DNA of 64,000 nt from positions 33,172,001 to 33,236,000 of the forward strand of contig NC_045696.1 of NCBI RefSeq assembly GCF_009834535.1, in the 5' to 3' direction. The DNA is from Camelus ferus. Taxonomy: Eukaryota. Both the position numbers and the translations under genes were made by a program. The notes under the pieces were generated by a model. That model made no database searches. It had not been told where the DNA came from and was given only the letters and a program-made list of their open reading frames with translations. Positions 50,371 through 62,589 of the stretch are shown piece by piece (position 1 is the first letter of the stretch; each line of letters starts with the position of its first letter).

Positions 50371-52941
50371 TAGCCTCTATTCTAAAAATAATGTTTGATA
50401 TATTAAAAAATCTAATAGTAATTTAGAAATGGAAAAATCAATGTAATAAACACTGATAGCAAAATTAAGCACTAGAATGTTACCAAAACTGTTGTTTTTA
50501 TCCTACATCCTGCCTTCTGGGAGGTTAAACAATATCCTTAATATGAATATATCCTTAATTTGCTTTGATTTTCAAAGTAATTTTCTACATGTGTTGTATA
50601 TCCCTAAAAATACTTTGTTTAATCATGCCTTTACTCCAGTTTCCATCATTATAATATTATGCTATTTGTTGATATCTGGGATTTTAAAAATTCCAATTAA
50701 GGTACTATTTCTAAGATGTATGGATTCTACTCCATGATTTAACAACAGTTTTAGTAATCATATAGAAAGTAGGTTACATTATGTTTTTATTTTGTTTTGT
50801 TTTATTTTTTTACTTTCTACTCTTTGATTGCTTCCCAAACCCACTAGCACAATCCATAAGATTCTAGCCACTGGCTGCTTTTTTCATGTCACTGTGTGGG
50901 CATGAAATTGTGTCCTATAACCATCCTAGATTTTTAAAACTTTCTTGAAGGTAACAAGTCCTTTTCCACCACAGGTAATTGCATCAATGGTTTATTTCCT
51001 TCAACAGGGATAAATTCCCCATTCTAACCTCAATTTCACCTAGAACAGTTATACAAATTTTCTTCAAAAGTTTTGACTCCTGCCACTCAATTTACTCTTT
51101 CCCAAGAGTTTTTGCTGTATTCATGGAACCCATTAAAATTTACAAACATTCATGTGTTCTTTTGTTAGCTTTCTAATCCTTAATGTGAGGTGGGAGTGCT
51201 TATTAAATGTGTAAACTATAATTCCCATGACAGTCATTGCATGTTATCCAGTACTACATGCTTAATACCAAGTACTAGGCCACATGCTAGACACTAAATA
51301 AAAGTTGTTGAAAAGAAGAGTGAAAATTAATTTCCTGTAACCCATGGAACATATAGCTGAACAGAACAAGCAAGTTCTCAAGCATTGATTTACAAATTCT
51401 TTTAGTATATATTTATAGAGACAGGATTAATTAAAAAGGAGAAAATACAACACATTCTATATTTGATTATGTAGCAAAGCCAAGATCCTATCTGAAAAAC
51501 ATTCATTCTAAATTTATGAGAGTGATGTCACCAACATAGTAACATAGGTCATTCCTGACATGCTCCCTCTCACAAGAAACACAACTACATACAGTTCATG
51601 GATAAGACACCACTGAGGAAATCCTTGAAATGGGAATGAGCCTGAAGCACCCTCTCTCCTCCCCTCTTCATCACAGAGACCAAGACAGACAGCATTAGAA
51701 GGGTAAAAGGAGTGGTTATTCACTGACTGCATTGCACCTTTTTTAGGTGTGCACACCACACCAGTGTGGAAAGAAAGCTCAGTGTAGGCATCCAGCTCCC
51801 TTAGCATTGTGAGTCACTTCTTGGGAGTCCCCACTCCAGTCTCACCTCATGAAAATCGTGGGGGAATCTGCAGGGCTTGACCACTGGGAATTGAATTATG
51901 ACCAAAAAAAGTGGGGAGAGTCTTGGCAGACCAAGTAATGGATCTTGGCAGACCAAGTTCCTACCTGCAGCACCCAAGTAGTAATCCCAACCAGTGACTC
52001 TGCTCATCTGTAGAGTCAAAACAGTGATGCAGTCTGAGCAGGGAACTCAGCAGGGTGAAATCTATGTTCTTAAGTGAAGAGCTTTGCTTACTGTAAAGCC
52101 TGGTCTGCTCCTGCCAAGGCAAGGGAGCTGAGTCAGAGCTATGCCCACTGCTGAATGTAGTTCCTGGTTCCACTCCACTAGAAAGGCTGGCCAGAATACC
52201 TGAAAGATGGCCCCGCATCACTTGAGCAGAAAATACCACAGGCAGAGATGACTGTCCACAGAGCAAAGCTAGTATCACTGTTCAGCCAGTGAACTTGGGG
52301 CACTGGTTCACAGTTAAGACCACAGAGCCTTGTCAACTTTGGAGATGGCTGTGCAGGGAGAGGGATGAGATCTTCGCCTGTGCAGGGAAACTTAGTTTCA
52401 CCCCAGCCCATTGTTGAAGACAGCACTCAGCCCGCCCTACCAGGAAAGCTAACCAGAGCACATGGGAAACTGCATTGCTCATCCAGCAGCCCTGCTTACA
52501 GTGGCTCTGAGATAGAGAGCACAACTCATGGCCCTCCCTGTCTGCAGAGGAAAACCAAAGGCTCCATCTGGTTAGGGGATTCACTGCATAGTCTTGCCTG
52601 ATTTGAATCCCTTAACAGTGAGCAGTGTAGGCCCTAGGGACTGCTCTGCTGACCTGCCAAGGCAGGGAAGCTGATTTGTAGCTTCACCTACTAATGAGCA
52701 TAGTACTCAGTCTGACCACCTAGTTAGCTTGACCAGAGAGTCCAGGCAACCATGGAGCCCATCCTACAGCCTTGCTTGGGTGGGAAACCAAATCAGCAGT
52801 CCTATCCAACTATTCTCAGCCAGTGGAACACCCTCCCACCTCTGACCACGGGGCAGTGACCTCACCACAAAATAGGCCCTAATAGTGAGCACACCTGCTC
52901 AAGAACATCACCAATGGACCCATTCAGAAACCCAAACCAAA

Positions 52942-53780
52942 CCCTAAAGAAATAATGACTTATGGACTGTTGGACAAAGAATTCTGAATTTTCTTAAAGA
53001 ACTTTAGTGAAGTGCAAGAACACATAGATAACTCAGTGAAAAAAAGAAAACAATGCATGAACAAAACAGGAAGTTCAAAGAAATAGAAACCACCATAAAA
53101 TAGAAATCCTAGAGCTAAAATATACAATGACTGAACTGAAAAATTCAATACAGAGCTTCAAAAGCAGATTTCACCATGTAGAAGAATTCATGACCTAGAA
53201 GACAACACATTTGAAATTATCCAGTCAGTGGAGGAAAAAAAGAATGTAAAAGAGTGAAGAAAGCCTATGAGACTTAAAGGAAGCAAAGGAAAAAATATCT
53301 GTATTGTGGAAGTTCCAGAAGGAGAAGAGAAAGCAAAAAAGACAGACAGTATATTTAAAGCAATAATGACTGAAAACATTCCAAATGTGGAAAGAAAAAT
53401 GGACATCCAGATTCATGAGGCCCAAAGTATCTCAGATAGGTTGAACCTGAATAGAGCTACACCAAAACACATAAAATTGCTGAGCATCAAAGACAAACAA
53501 AGAACTTTAGAATCAGCAAGAGAAAATAGAGAAGTTGCTTACAAGAGAACCCCAATAAGACTTTAGGTAGATTTCTCAACAGAAACTTTCAGGCCAGAAG
53601 AGAATGGAATGATATATTGAAAGAAAAATAAAAAACGGTCAATCAAGACTTCTATACCTTGCAAAACTGTTCTTCAAAAGTGAAGGAGAAATAAAATCTT
53701 TTTCAAACAAGTAAAAATTGAGGGAGTTTATTACCACTAGCCTTCCCTATCAAAAATTCTAAAGGGGGTTTATTTTAATG
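52942..53780 (+). pseudogene. L1 ORF1 remnant (N-terminus deleted)
   Basis: NICIVEVPEGEEKAK...IFKAIMTENIPNVERKMDIQIHEAQ...TPKHI...ARENREVAYKRTPIRL (ORF 53267-53566). Confidence 0.88.
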
Positions 53781-55689
53781 GAAGCATGAGGGTGCTAGAT
53801 AATATAAAAACAGAAGGTAGTATAAAACTCATTGGTGATGTTAAATATAAAGTCAAAGTTAGATTTTTGTAATATGGTAATGGCTGTATGTAATTCATTT
53901 ACAACTGTAGTTTTAAGTTAAAAAACAAAAGTTAAAAAAAAAAGAACATTAACTTCAGTAATCTGTTAGTGTATACACAATATTAAAAAATATGTAAACT
54001 GTAACAACAATAACCTAAAATGTGAGGGTGAGGAGAAGAAAAAGTGATAAGTTTAGAAATTCCATGGAAGCTAAGTTGTTGTATACAAACATGCTAAACA
54101 AGTCAAAGCACACTAGTACCAAAAGTCATTAAAAAAAAAAAAAAAAAAGACTAAGAAAGGATGAACAATGGATCTACAAAACAGCCAGAAACAATGAACA
54201 AAATGGCAATAGTAAGCCCTTACCTTTCAGTAATTACTATAAATGTAAGTAGGTTAAATTCTCCAATCAAAAGAAATAGAATGGCTAAATGGATGAAAAA
54301 ACAAAACCCAACAATATGCTACATACAAAAGACTCCCTTTAACCTTGAAGACACACAGACTGAAAATATCGGGTTGGAAAAGGTATTTCAAGCAAATGGT
54401 AACTGAAAAAGGGGAAGGGCTGTAGCTATACTTATATCAGTCAAAATAGACTTTAAACTAAAAAACAGTAAAACAAGGAAAAGAAGGTAATTACATAATG
54501 ATAGATGGGTTAAGCCATTAAGATAAAACAATTATAAATATTTATGCATCCAACACTGTAACACCTAAAAAGGTGAAACTTAACAGAGCAAAAAGTAGAA
54601 ATAAACAGCAATATAGTAATAGTTGGGGACTTTAATACCCCACTCTCAACAATGGATAGATCATTCAGATGGAGAATAAATAATTGCAGATTTGAACAAC
54701 ATTATAAAACAAATGGACCTAACGAACATACATAAAGTATTCTACCTGATAGCAGCAGAATACACAATCTTCTGATGCATACCTCAGAGCTTGGGCAGTG
54801 GCCTCACACAAAATGAGGCCCTATTAGTGTGCCTGCCTGCTTGAGAACATCACTGGTGGACATTCAGAAATCTAAACTGAAATATTTTCTAAGATAAACC
54901 ATATGTTAGGCCACAAAACAAGTCTTATCAAATTCAAGAAGACTGAAATCATACCAAGTATCTTCTCTGACTACAATGGTATGAAACTAGATAATAACAG
55001 GAGGAAAACTCATGAATATATGAAAATTAACACCCTAGCAAACAACCAATAGATCAAAGTTGAAATTAAAGGCAAAATAAAAACTTATTTTGGGACAAAC
55101 ACACACAGAAACACAACATACCAAAACTTATGGGATGAAGCAAATACTGTTCTAAAAGGGAAGTTCATAATGAAAAAAGCTACATTAAGGAAAAAGAAAG
55201 ATTTCAAATAAACAACCTAACTGTAATTTCTAGTCTCAAGAAACTAGAAGAAGAACACTAAGCCCAAAGTTAGCTGACAGAAGAAAATAATAAAGATTGG
55301 AGCAGAAATAAATAAAATAGAGAACAGGAAGACAATAGAAAAGATTAATGAAACTAACACTTGGTTCTTTGAAAAGATAAACAAGATTTACAAGCCTTTA
55401 GTTAGATTAATCACGTTAAAAAAGGAAGAGGACCAAAATCAACAAAATTAGATATGAAAAAGGAGATATTACAACTGTCACCACAGAAATACCAAGGATT
55501 ATAATATTCTGCTATGAATAAGTATATGCAAACAATTGGGACAACCTAGAAGAAATGGAAAAGTTCTTAGAAATGTACAACCTACCAAGACTGATCAGGA
55601 AGATACAGAAAATGTGAACAGATTAATTACTATTAAGGATTTTGGATCAGTAATTTAAAATCTTTCAAGAAAAAAAATACCAGAGAAGC

Positions 55690-56950
55690 AAAATGGCGGA
55701 GTAGAAGGATGCTTGTAGCTCACCTTCTCCCACAAATACACCAAAACTCACATCTATCGACCTACTCATCCAAGCAGAGCACGTGCTGAACTCCCACAGA
55801 ACATCACCCTCTTCAAAAGACAAAGACGCCAAAAAGCTGGTAGGAGAAAAGGAAAAAAGAAAGAAGAAAAAGCAAAACAGTGCGGGACTGATCCTGTAGG
55901 GAGGGAGCGGCAAAGGGTCTCCCCCCTCCAACGGAGAGGCCAACGGGACGGAGAGGGAGCCTCCAAGGCTCAGATCTGCCCCGAGCACCCTTGACCGACA
56001 GAATTGAGTTAAATGGGCACAAAGGGTCCCCACAACACCCAGCCTGAGACGTGAGCTGGCAGCTGGGGCCAAGACAGGCTGCTCAAGCCAGGTGGAAGAC
56101 TGGGGCGGCTGCACTGAGGCAGCCCTGGGGGGACTGCAGGGGGCTGCACACCATGGCTGGGAGGGGATACGGAGCAGAACAACCTCAGTCCCCCATAAAT
56201 TGTAAAAAAAGCAAAGCAACACAGCTTGTGTGCCCTGTGGGGAGGGGCGCCGTAGCCTTTGTCTCCTCAGACCTGTGCTGCCATTACTGGCGCTTCTCGC
56301 GAGAAGAGAGGCAGGGCGCAGCCACAGCCGCCATCTCCTCCTGTGCGCAGTTGGGGCCGAGACCTAAATCTGCACCTGGGGGCTCTGCAATCTCCTGGGC
56401 AGGACTGAGATTTATTTACAGCCCAAGGCAGATAGGATCTTTCTGCCCTGGCACTTCAGAGAACTTGTGCTGCCAAGACAAACAAGGAGCTGAGATTTGG
56501 CACAGAGCAGGGGCAGGGCCGTTCCATGGTCTTCCAAGAGCCCGCCTTCAGAGCACCGACCCAAGGCAGAGTGGGTAGCTGCACAGAGCAGCAAAGCGAC
56601 CGGTGCCAGGAGAGGGTGGGCAGCCAACCGCCTTCCTGGCAGGAACGCAGCACCTAACCACGGTGCTGGGAGGGGGTGCAATCCGCCCACCTGCCTCGCC
56701 TGAGCACAGCATCTGACTGCGGCATTTGGAGGGGGAGCAACAGCACCCCTGCCCACCCACGGGGAAAGAGCTCAGCACCTGACCCAGTGTTGGGAGGGGG
56801 TGCGATCTGCTAGCCTACAGCCAGCCACTGGGAGCAGCACAGACGAAGGCGCCAACAGAGGGCCTCTGGAAACAGCAAGCTGAGTTCATGAAACAGGGTG
56901 AAGACACAAAGACCTCTCGATAAAATCATTAAGAGCAGACCGTCTCCAGG
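55690..56950 (+). promoter_or_regulatory. L1 5'UTR internal promoter region, the most GC/CpG-rich segment of the window
   Basis: aaaatggcgg YY1-like site at the 5' end; many retained CpGs; repeated gggagggggtgc(a/g)atc motifs near 56668 and 56791. Activity cannot be shown from sequence. Confidence 0.6.
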
Positions 56951-56993
56951 AGAACTACATAACTGATACTCCTTAAGCCACAGTGTCTGAGAT

Positions 56994-57890
56994 ATGAGCA
57001 ATATGAAGAAGCAGAGGAACGACTCCCAATTAAAAGATCAAGAGAAATCCCCTGAAAGCACAATCAAGGAAATAGACATTGATGGCCTACTAGATCAAGA
57101 TTTCAAAAAAGGAGTGATCAAAGTACTGAAGGAACTAAAAGAAATAGTGTTTAGAGATATAAAATATGTCAAAAATGAAATAGAAGCTATAAAGAAGAGC
57201 CAGGTAGAATTAGTAAACTCATTTGCTGAGATGAGAGCTAACCTAAAGGCTGTACAAAGCAGGCTAGATAATGCAGAGGAATGAATTAGTGACCTAGAAG
57301 ACAGGATAACAGAAAGCACCCAATCAGAACAGCTGAGAGAAAAACAAATAAAAAACAATAAAAACAATATAAGGGACCTATGGGATAATACAAAGCATGC
57401 CAATCTACGCATAATAGGGGTTCCAGAAGGGAAAGAAAGAACAAAGGGGATTGAAGAGGTATTTGAAGAAATCATGACTGAAAACTTCCAAACCTAAAGA
57501 AGGAATCAGATATCCAAGTACAGGAGGCTCAGAGGGTCCCAAAAAGGAAGAACCCAAACAGACCCACACCAAGACATATCATAATCAAGATGGCCAGAGT
57601 CAAGGATAAAGAAATGATCCTCAAGGCAGCAAGAGAAAAATAAAGAATGAGTTACAAGGGAACCCCCATAAGGCTCTCAGCTGATTTCTCTACACAAACA
57701 CTACAGGCCAGAAGGGAGTAGCAAGATATATTCAAAGTCCTGAATTAAAAAAAGATGCAGCCTAGGATACTCTATCCAGCAAGGCTATCCTTTAGAAGGA
57801 GAGATAAAGAACTTCATAGACAAGCAAAAACTAAAAGAGTTTAGCAACACTAAACCCATGCTAAAAGAAATACTGGCAGGTCTACTCTAA
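56994..57890 (+). pseudogene. L1 ORF1p (coiled coil, RRM, CTD), disabled by several stops and small frameshifts
   Basis: MSNMKKQRNDSQLKDQEKSPE...SRLDNAEE*ISDLEDR...LWDNTKHANLRIIGVPEG...IMTENF / RPTPRHIIIKM...ILKAAREK*...YKGTPIRLSADFS...QPRILYPARLSF...LKEILAGLL*. Confidence 0.92.
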
Positions 57891-59059
57891 ATAGAAAAGC
57901 AGGATGCTACAAAAATGAGAAACTCATAACTGGAAAGGAGATAACTGTCATGAATTACAAAAAGAATAAACACAAAATTGTAAAAGAAGACATCTAAATC
58001 ATTAAGAGTGGGAGAGGGAAGCAAGGAAAGCCACTGTGGAAAACAGTATGGAGATTCCTCAAAAGACTAGGAAAAGACTTACCATATGACCCAGGAATCC
58101 CACTCTGGGGCATCTATCCAGAAGGAACCCTACTTCAAAATGACACCTGCACCCCAATGTTCATAGCAGCACTATTTACAATAGCCAAGACATGGAAGCA
58201 GCCTAGATGTCCATCAACAGATGACTGAATAAAGAAGAAGTGGTATATTTATACAACGGAATGCTATTCAGCCACAAAAACTGACAACCTAACGCCATTT
58301 GCAGCAACATGGATGTTCCTGGAGAATGTCAGTCTAAGTGAAATAAGCCAGAAAGAGAAAGAAAAATACCATATGAGATCACTCATATGTGGAATCTAGA
58401 AAAAAAAAAAAAAAAGAAAAAAAAATACAAACCAGAAACAGACTCATAGACCTAGAATACAAACTTGTGGTGCCAAGAGGGCGGGGGGTGGGGGTGGGTG
58501 GGAAGGGACAGACTTGGATTTTAAAATGCAGAATAGATAAACAAAATTATACTGTATAGCACAGGGAAATACATACAAGATCTTGTGGTAGCTCATAGTG
58601 GAAAAAAAATGTGACAATGAATATATATATGTTCATGTAAAACTGAAAAATTGTACTCTACACTAGAATTTGACACAACATTGTAAAATGATTATTACTC
58701 AATAAAAAAAATGTAAAAAAAAAAAAAAAGAAAGAAAGAAAATACCAGTACCAGGAGTACCTGGTGTATTTCACCAAACTTTTAAAGAAGAATTAAAGTC
58801 AATCCTTCTCAAATTCTTCCAAAAAATGAAACAAGAGGGAACACTCCCAAACTCATTTTACAAGGCCAGCATCACACAGAGTCAGGGAAGAATTTTAAAA
58901 GAAAAACAACTATAGAATATCCTTAATTCATGAATATAAATATAAAAATTCTCAATAAAACACTAACAAACAGAATTAAGCAACTCACTGAAAGGATTAT
59001 TCACCGTGATCAAGTAGGATTAATCCTTATGATGCAAGGATGGTTCAACATATGCAAAA

Positions 59060-59129
59060 AATACAATATGATACATCACAATGATAAAATAATACAATAT
59101 GACACATCACAATGATAAAATGATAAAAT
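59060..59129. repeat. 31-bp tandem duplication inside L1 ORF2
   Basis: aatacaatatga(t/c)acatcacaatgataaaat at 59060-59090 and 59091-59121, plus an extra gataaaat. Confidence 0.9.
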
Positions 59130-62100
59130 TATATGATCATCTCAATAGACACAAAAAGCATTTGACAAAATTCAACATTCATTCATTGGATAACTCCTAA
59201 CAAATTAAGTAGGTATAGAAAGAAAGTACCTAAACATAGTAAAGGTCATATAGGAAAAGTTCACAGCTAACATTATACTCAGTGGTGAAATACTGAAAGC
59301 TTTTCCATTAATAACAGGTATAAGACAAGGAGGCTAACTCTTAACACTCCTACTCAACATAGTACTGCAATTCAACCAGAGCATGAGGTAAGAAAAATAA
59401 ATGAAAGGCATCAGGATTTGAAAGGAAATACAGCTGGCTCTATCTGCAGATGATTGGTTTTATATAGAAAATCCTAAAGACCCCACCAAAAGCTGTTAGA
59501 TGCAATCAACAAATTTTGTAAAGTTGCAGGATATGATATTAATACACAAAGTACTACAGTTTTATAGACTAACAACAATTTATCTGAAATGAAAGAAAAC
59601 AATCTTATTTACAATAGCATCAAAAATAATAAAAATACCTAGGAATAAATTTAACCAAGGAAGTGAGAGGGCTCCACTATGAAAACTGTAAGACTTTGAT
59701 GAAAGAAATTAAAGAAGACACAAATAAACAGAAAAGTATCCCATGTTTGTGGATCTGTAGAATTAATGCCGCTAAAATGCCCATGCTGTATGCAAAGCCA
59801 TCTATAAATCAATGATCAAGATTCCAATGGCATTTTTTATAGAAGTAGAAAGTAATTTCTAAAATTTGTAGAGTACCACAAAAGACCCTGAATAGCTAAA
59901 TCAATCCAGAAAAAGAACAAAGCTAGAGGCATCACACTTCCAGATTTCAAGCTATATACAAAGTAACAGTCATTAAAACAGTATCATACCACCATGAAAA
60001 CAGACACATAGACCAAGAGAACAGAACTGAGCCCCAAAATAAGCCCATGCATATATGGTCAACTAATACTTGACAAGGGAACCAGGAATACTCAGAGAAA
60101 AGGATCCTTTCAATAAATTGTGCTGGTCAAAGGGGATATTCACATTTAGTAGAAAAACTAGACCTCTATCTTACACCACTCACAAAAATAAACTCAAAAT
60201 GAGTTAAAGACTTAAATGTAAAACTGGAAACCATAAAATTCATAGGAAAAAAACCACAGGAAAAAGGATCTGTGACATGAGTGTTACTCTTTGGATATGA
60301 CACATAAAACACAAGAAATAAAATAAAAATACTGATTGGGCCTACGTGAAACTACAAGGCTTCCGCACAGCAAAAGAGATGATCAACAAAATGAGAGGAT
60401 AATCCAAAGAATGGGAGGCTATATTTGCAAACCATACATTAGAGAAGGAGTTAATATCCAAAATACAGAAAGAACTCATACAACTCAATAGCAAGAAAAT
60501 AATCCATTTGAAAAATGGGCAAAGGACCTGAATAGACTTTTTTTACAGAAAGATAAATAAATAGTCAACAGGTACTTGAAAGGTGTTCAGCATTACTAAT
60601 CTTCAAAACCACAGTGAAATATCACCTTCCACCTATTGGAATAGGTAGCATTAAGAAGGAGATAATAAATATTGGCAAGGATGTAGAAAAAAGGGAACCC
60701 TTGTGCACTGTTAGTGGGAATATATTTGTACAGCCAATGAGGAAAACATTATGGAGGTTCCTCAAATAATTAAAAATAGGACTTCCAGCAATTCCACTTC
60801 TGGGTATTTATCCAAAAAAACAAAACATTAACTTGAAAAGATACCTGCACCCCAATGTTCGTAGCAGCATTATTTATAATAGCCAAGGCATGGAAAGAAG
60901 CTAAGTGTCCATTGATGGATGAATGGATAAAGAAGTAGAAGTTGGGATATAAATATAATTTATACATACACACGCACACACATATACAAAATATAATATT
61001 ATTCAGCCATAATAAAGAAATTCTGTCATTTGTACCAACCTGGATGGACTTTGAAGGCATTATGCTAAATTAAGTAAGTCAGAGACAAATACTGTATGAT
61101 CTCACTTATACGTGGAATCTAAAAGAAAATAAACAAAAATGCCCCCCAAACAAATAAACACATAGAAAAGACATCAGATTTGTGGCTACCAGATTCAGGG
61201 AGTGAGGGGAGGAGTACTGGATGAAAGTGATCAAGAAGTACAAACTGCAGTCAGAAGATAAATAAGGACTAAGGACTAGGGGTGTAACGAATAACATGAT
61301 GACTATAATAAACACTGCTTTTTGGTGAATTTGAAAGTTGTTAAGAGAGTAAATCCCGAAAGTTCCCATCACAAGGGAAAATAATATTTTTTCTTTTTTT
61401 AACTATCTACATGAGATGATAAATGTTAACTAAGCGTCTTGTGGTAACCATTTCTCACTCTACGTTAAGTCAAATCATTTTGCTGTACACCATAAACTTA
61501 TACAGTGATGTCTTTCAAATCTCAATAAAACTAGAAAAAATAAATGTATATATGTGCATCTGTAGACAATACCAGGATAATCAAGAGCAAACCAATCTAA
61601 TCTGGTAATTTCACATGACGGACCATTATTCATTCTTTCAGGGTTCTCTCATTGTTAATCCTTTGACAAACTCGATTATTTTAACTGAGCAAGCTTTTAA
61701 AATAATCTTATGAAAATTACAACATTTAAAACAGAGATTGAGGAATTCACTGCAAGACACTAATAATTGTAGCCTAAAGCAATATGCTCAGATAAAGACT
61801 ATTCAAGTGAAGGCAATGTCCATACAAGGGCCAGTTAGCTTTCAATTAAAAAAATCCTCCTCATGATAAATAGATGCTACTCATAATATAGATCTTTTGC
61901 AAATATGTGCTACAGACTCAAATTAGAAACAGGCAAGTGACTACATCGACAGAGCATGCATGTATGGACCTGGAAAAATGATTCATAGTACATACACTAC
62001 CAACCATAGATCCTATAATAGACCTGCTGTAGCTCACTGTATATAAATAAAGGTGAGCTCATTTTCATAGCTATGAGGAATAACTGTTATATATATGATG

Positions 62101-62589
62101 ATTTTAACCTTGCAGTATATAATTATAATTTGCTAAAAGACATAAGTATTTGTGGGATTTTAAATAATAATTCAAGAATGGTCAGTATCATGAATGGAAA
62201 GATATATTACACCAATTTTTTTTGAAACTTAATGTCTAAAAGTGGTGACAATCTTGTTTTGTGTAACAGCTAGAGATTAAGAAGCTATTGACTATAAAAT
62301 GCATGTATGATAAAGTGCTCTTTTTTCATATAAATCCAAATCTTTGTACAGCTTTTTTTTTTTTTCCAAGATGGATCTATCCCAAGTGTCAAATGAAACT
62401 GATCCAAAGTCATCACAAAACTAAGCCAGGATATGACTTTATTTTGGATTCATCCTATTTTAGTTGTGAATTCCAAATATGAACTGCTGACGAGAATGAT
62501 CTGAAATTGATCTTGAAACATTTAATTACAAACTGATTTTGATCTGAATAGAATTGTAACTCCTGCATTGATATATCACCCAAGGCACA

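Larger units (their letters stand above)
55684..58738 (+). mobile_element. Younger L1 derivative lacking most of ORF2 (half-L1/HAL1 architecture)
   Basis: 5' end agaagcaaaatggcggagtag (ATGGCG YY1-type motif); CpG-rich 5'UTR; complete-length ORF1; inter-ORF spacer joined at ~58029 directly to the last ~370 bp of ORF2; 3'UTR, AATAAA and poly(A). TSD aaaataccag at 55674-55683 and 58739-58748. Confidence 0.92.
54203..61120 (+). pseudogene. L1 ORF2 remnant, interrupted by a 3 kb nested element and a ~100 bp insertion
   Basis: MAIVSPYLSVITINVSRLNSPIKRNRMAKWMKKQNPTICYIQKT (endonuclease start); ggggactttaataccccactctc (GDFNTPL); [21 protein letters not shown]; decayed ADD motif near 59440. Confidence 0.9.
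51518..61540 (+). mobile_element. Near-full-length degenerate LINE-1 containing a nested half-L1
   Basis: 5' start gagagtgatgtcaccaacat; ~1.4 kb GC-richer 5'UTR; ORF1 remnant ~52942-53780; ORF2 from ~54203, interrupted at 55684-58738; 3' end ctcaataaaactagaaaaaa. Possible TSD taaatttat / taaatgtat. Confidence 0.92.

Noticed and set aside
55665..56778. Longest ORFs in the track (185 aa on -, 175 aa on +, 114 aa on -)
   Set aside because: They lie in the GC-rich L1 5'UTR where stop codons are scarce, overlap on both strands and show no recognisable domain. An ORF0-like antisense ORF cannot be supported without family-wide conservation.
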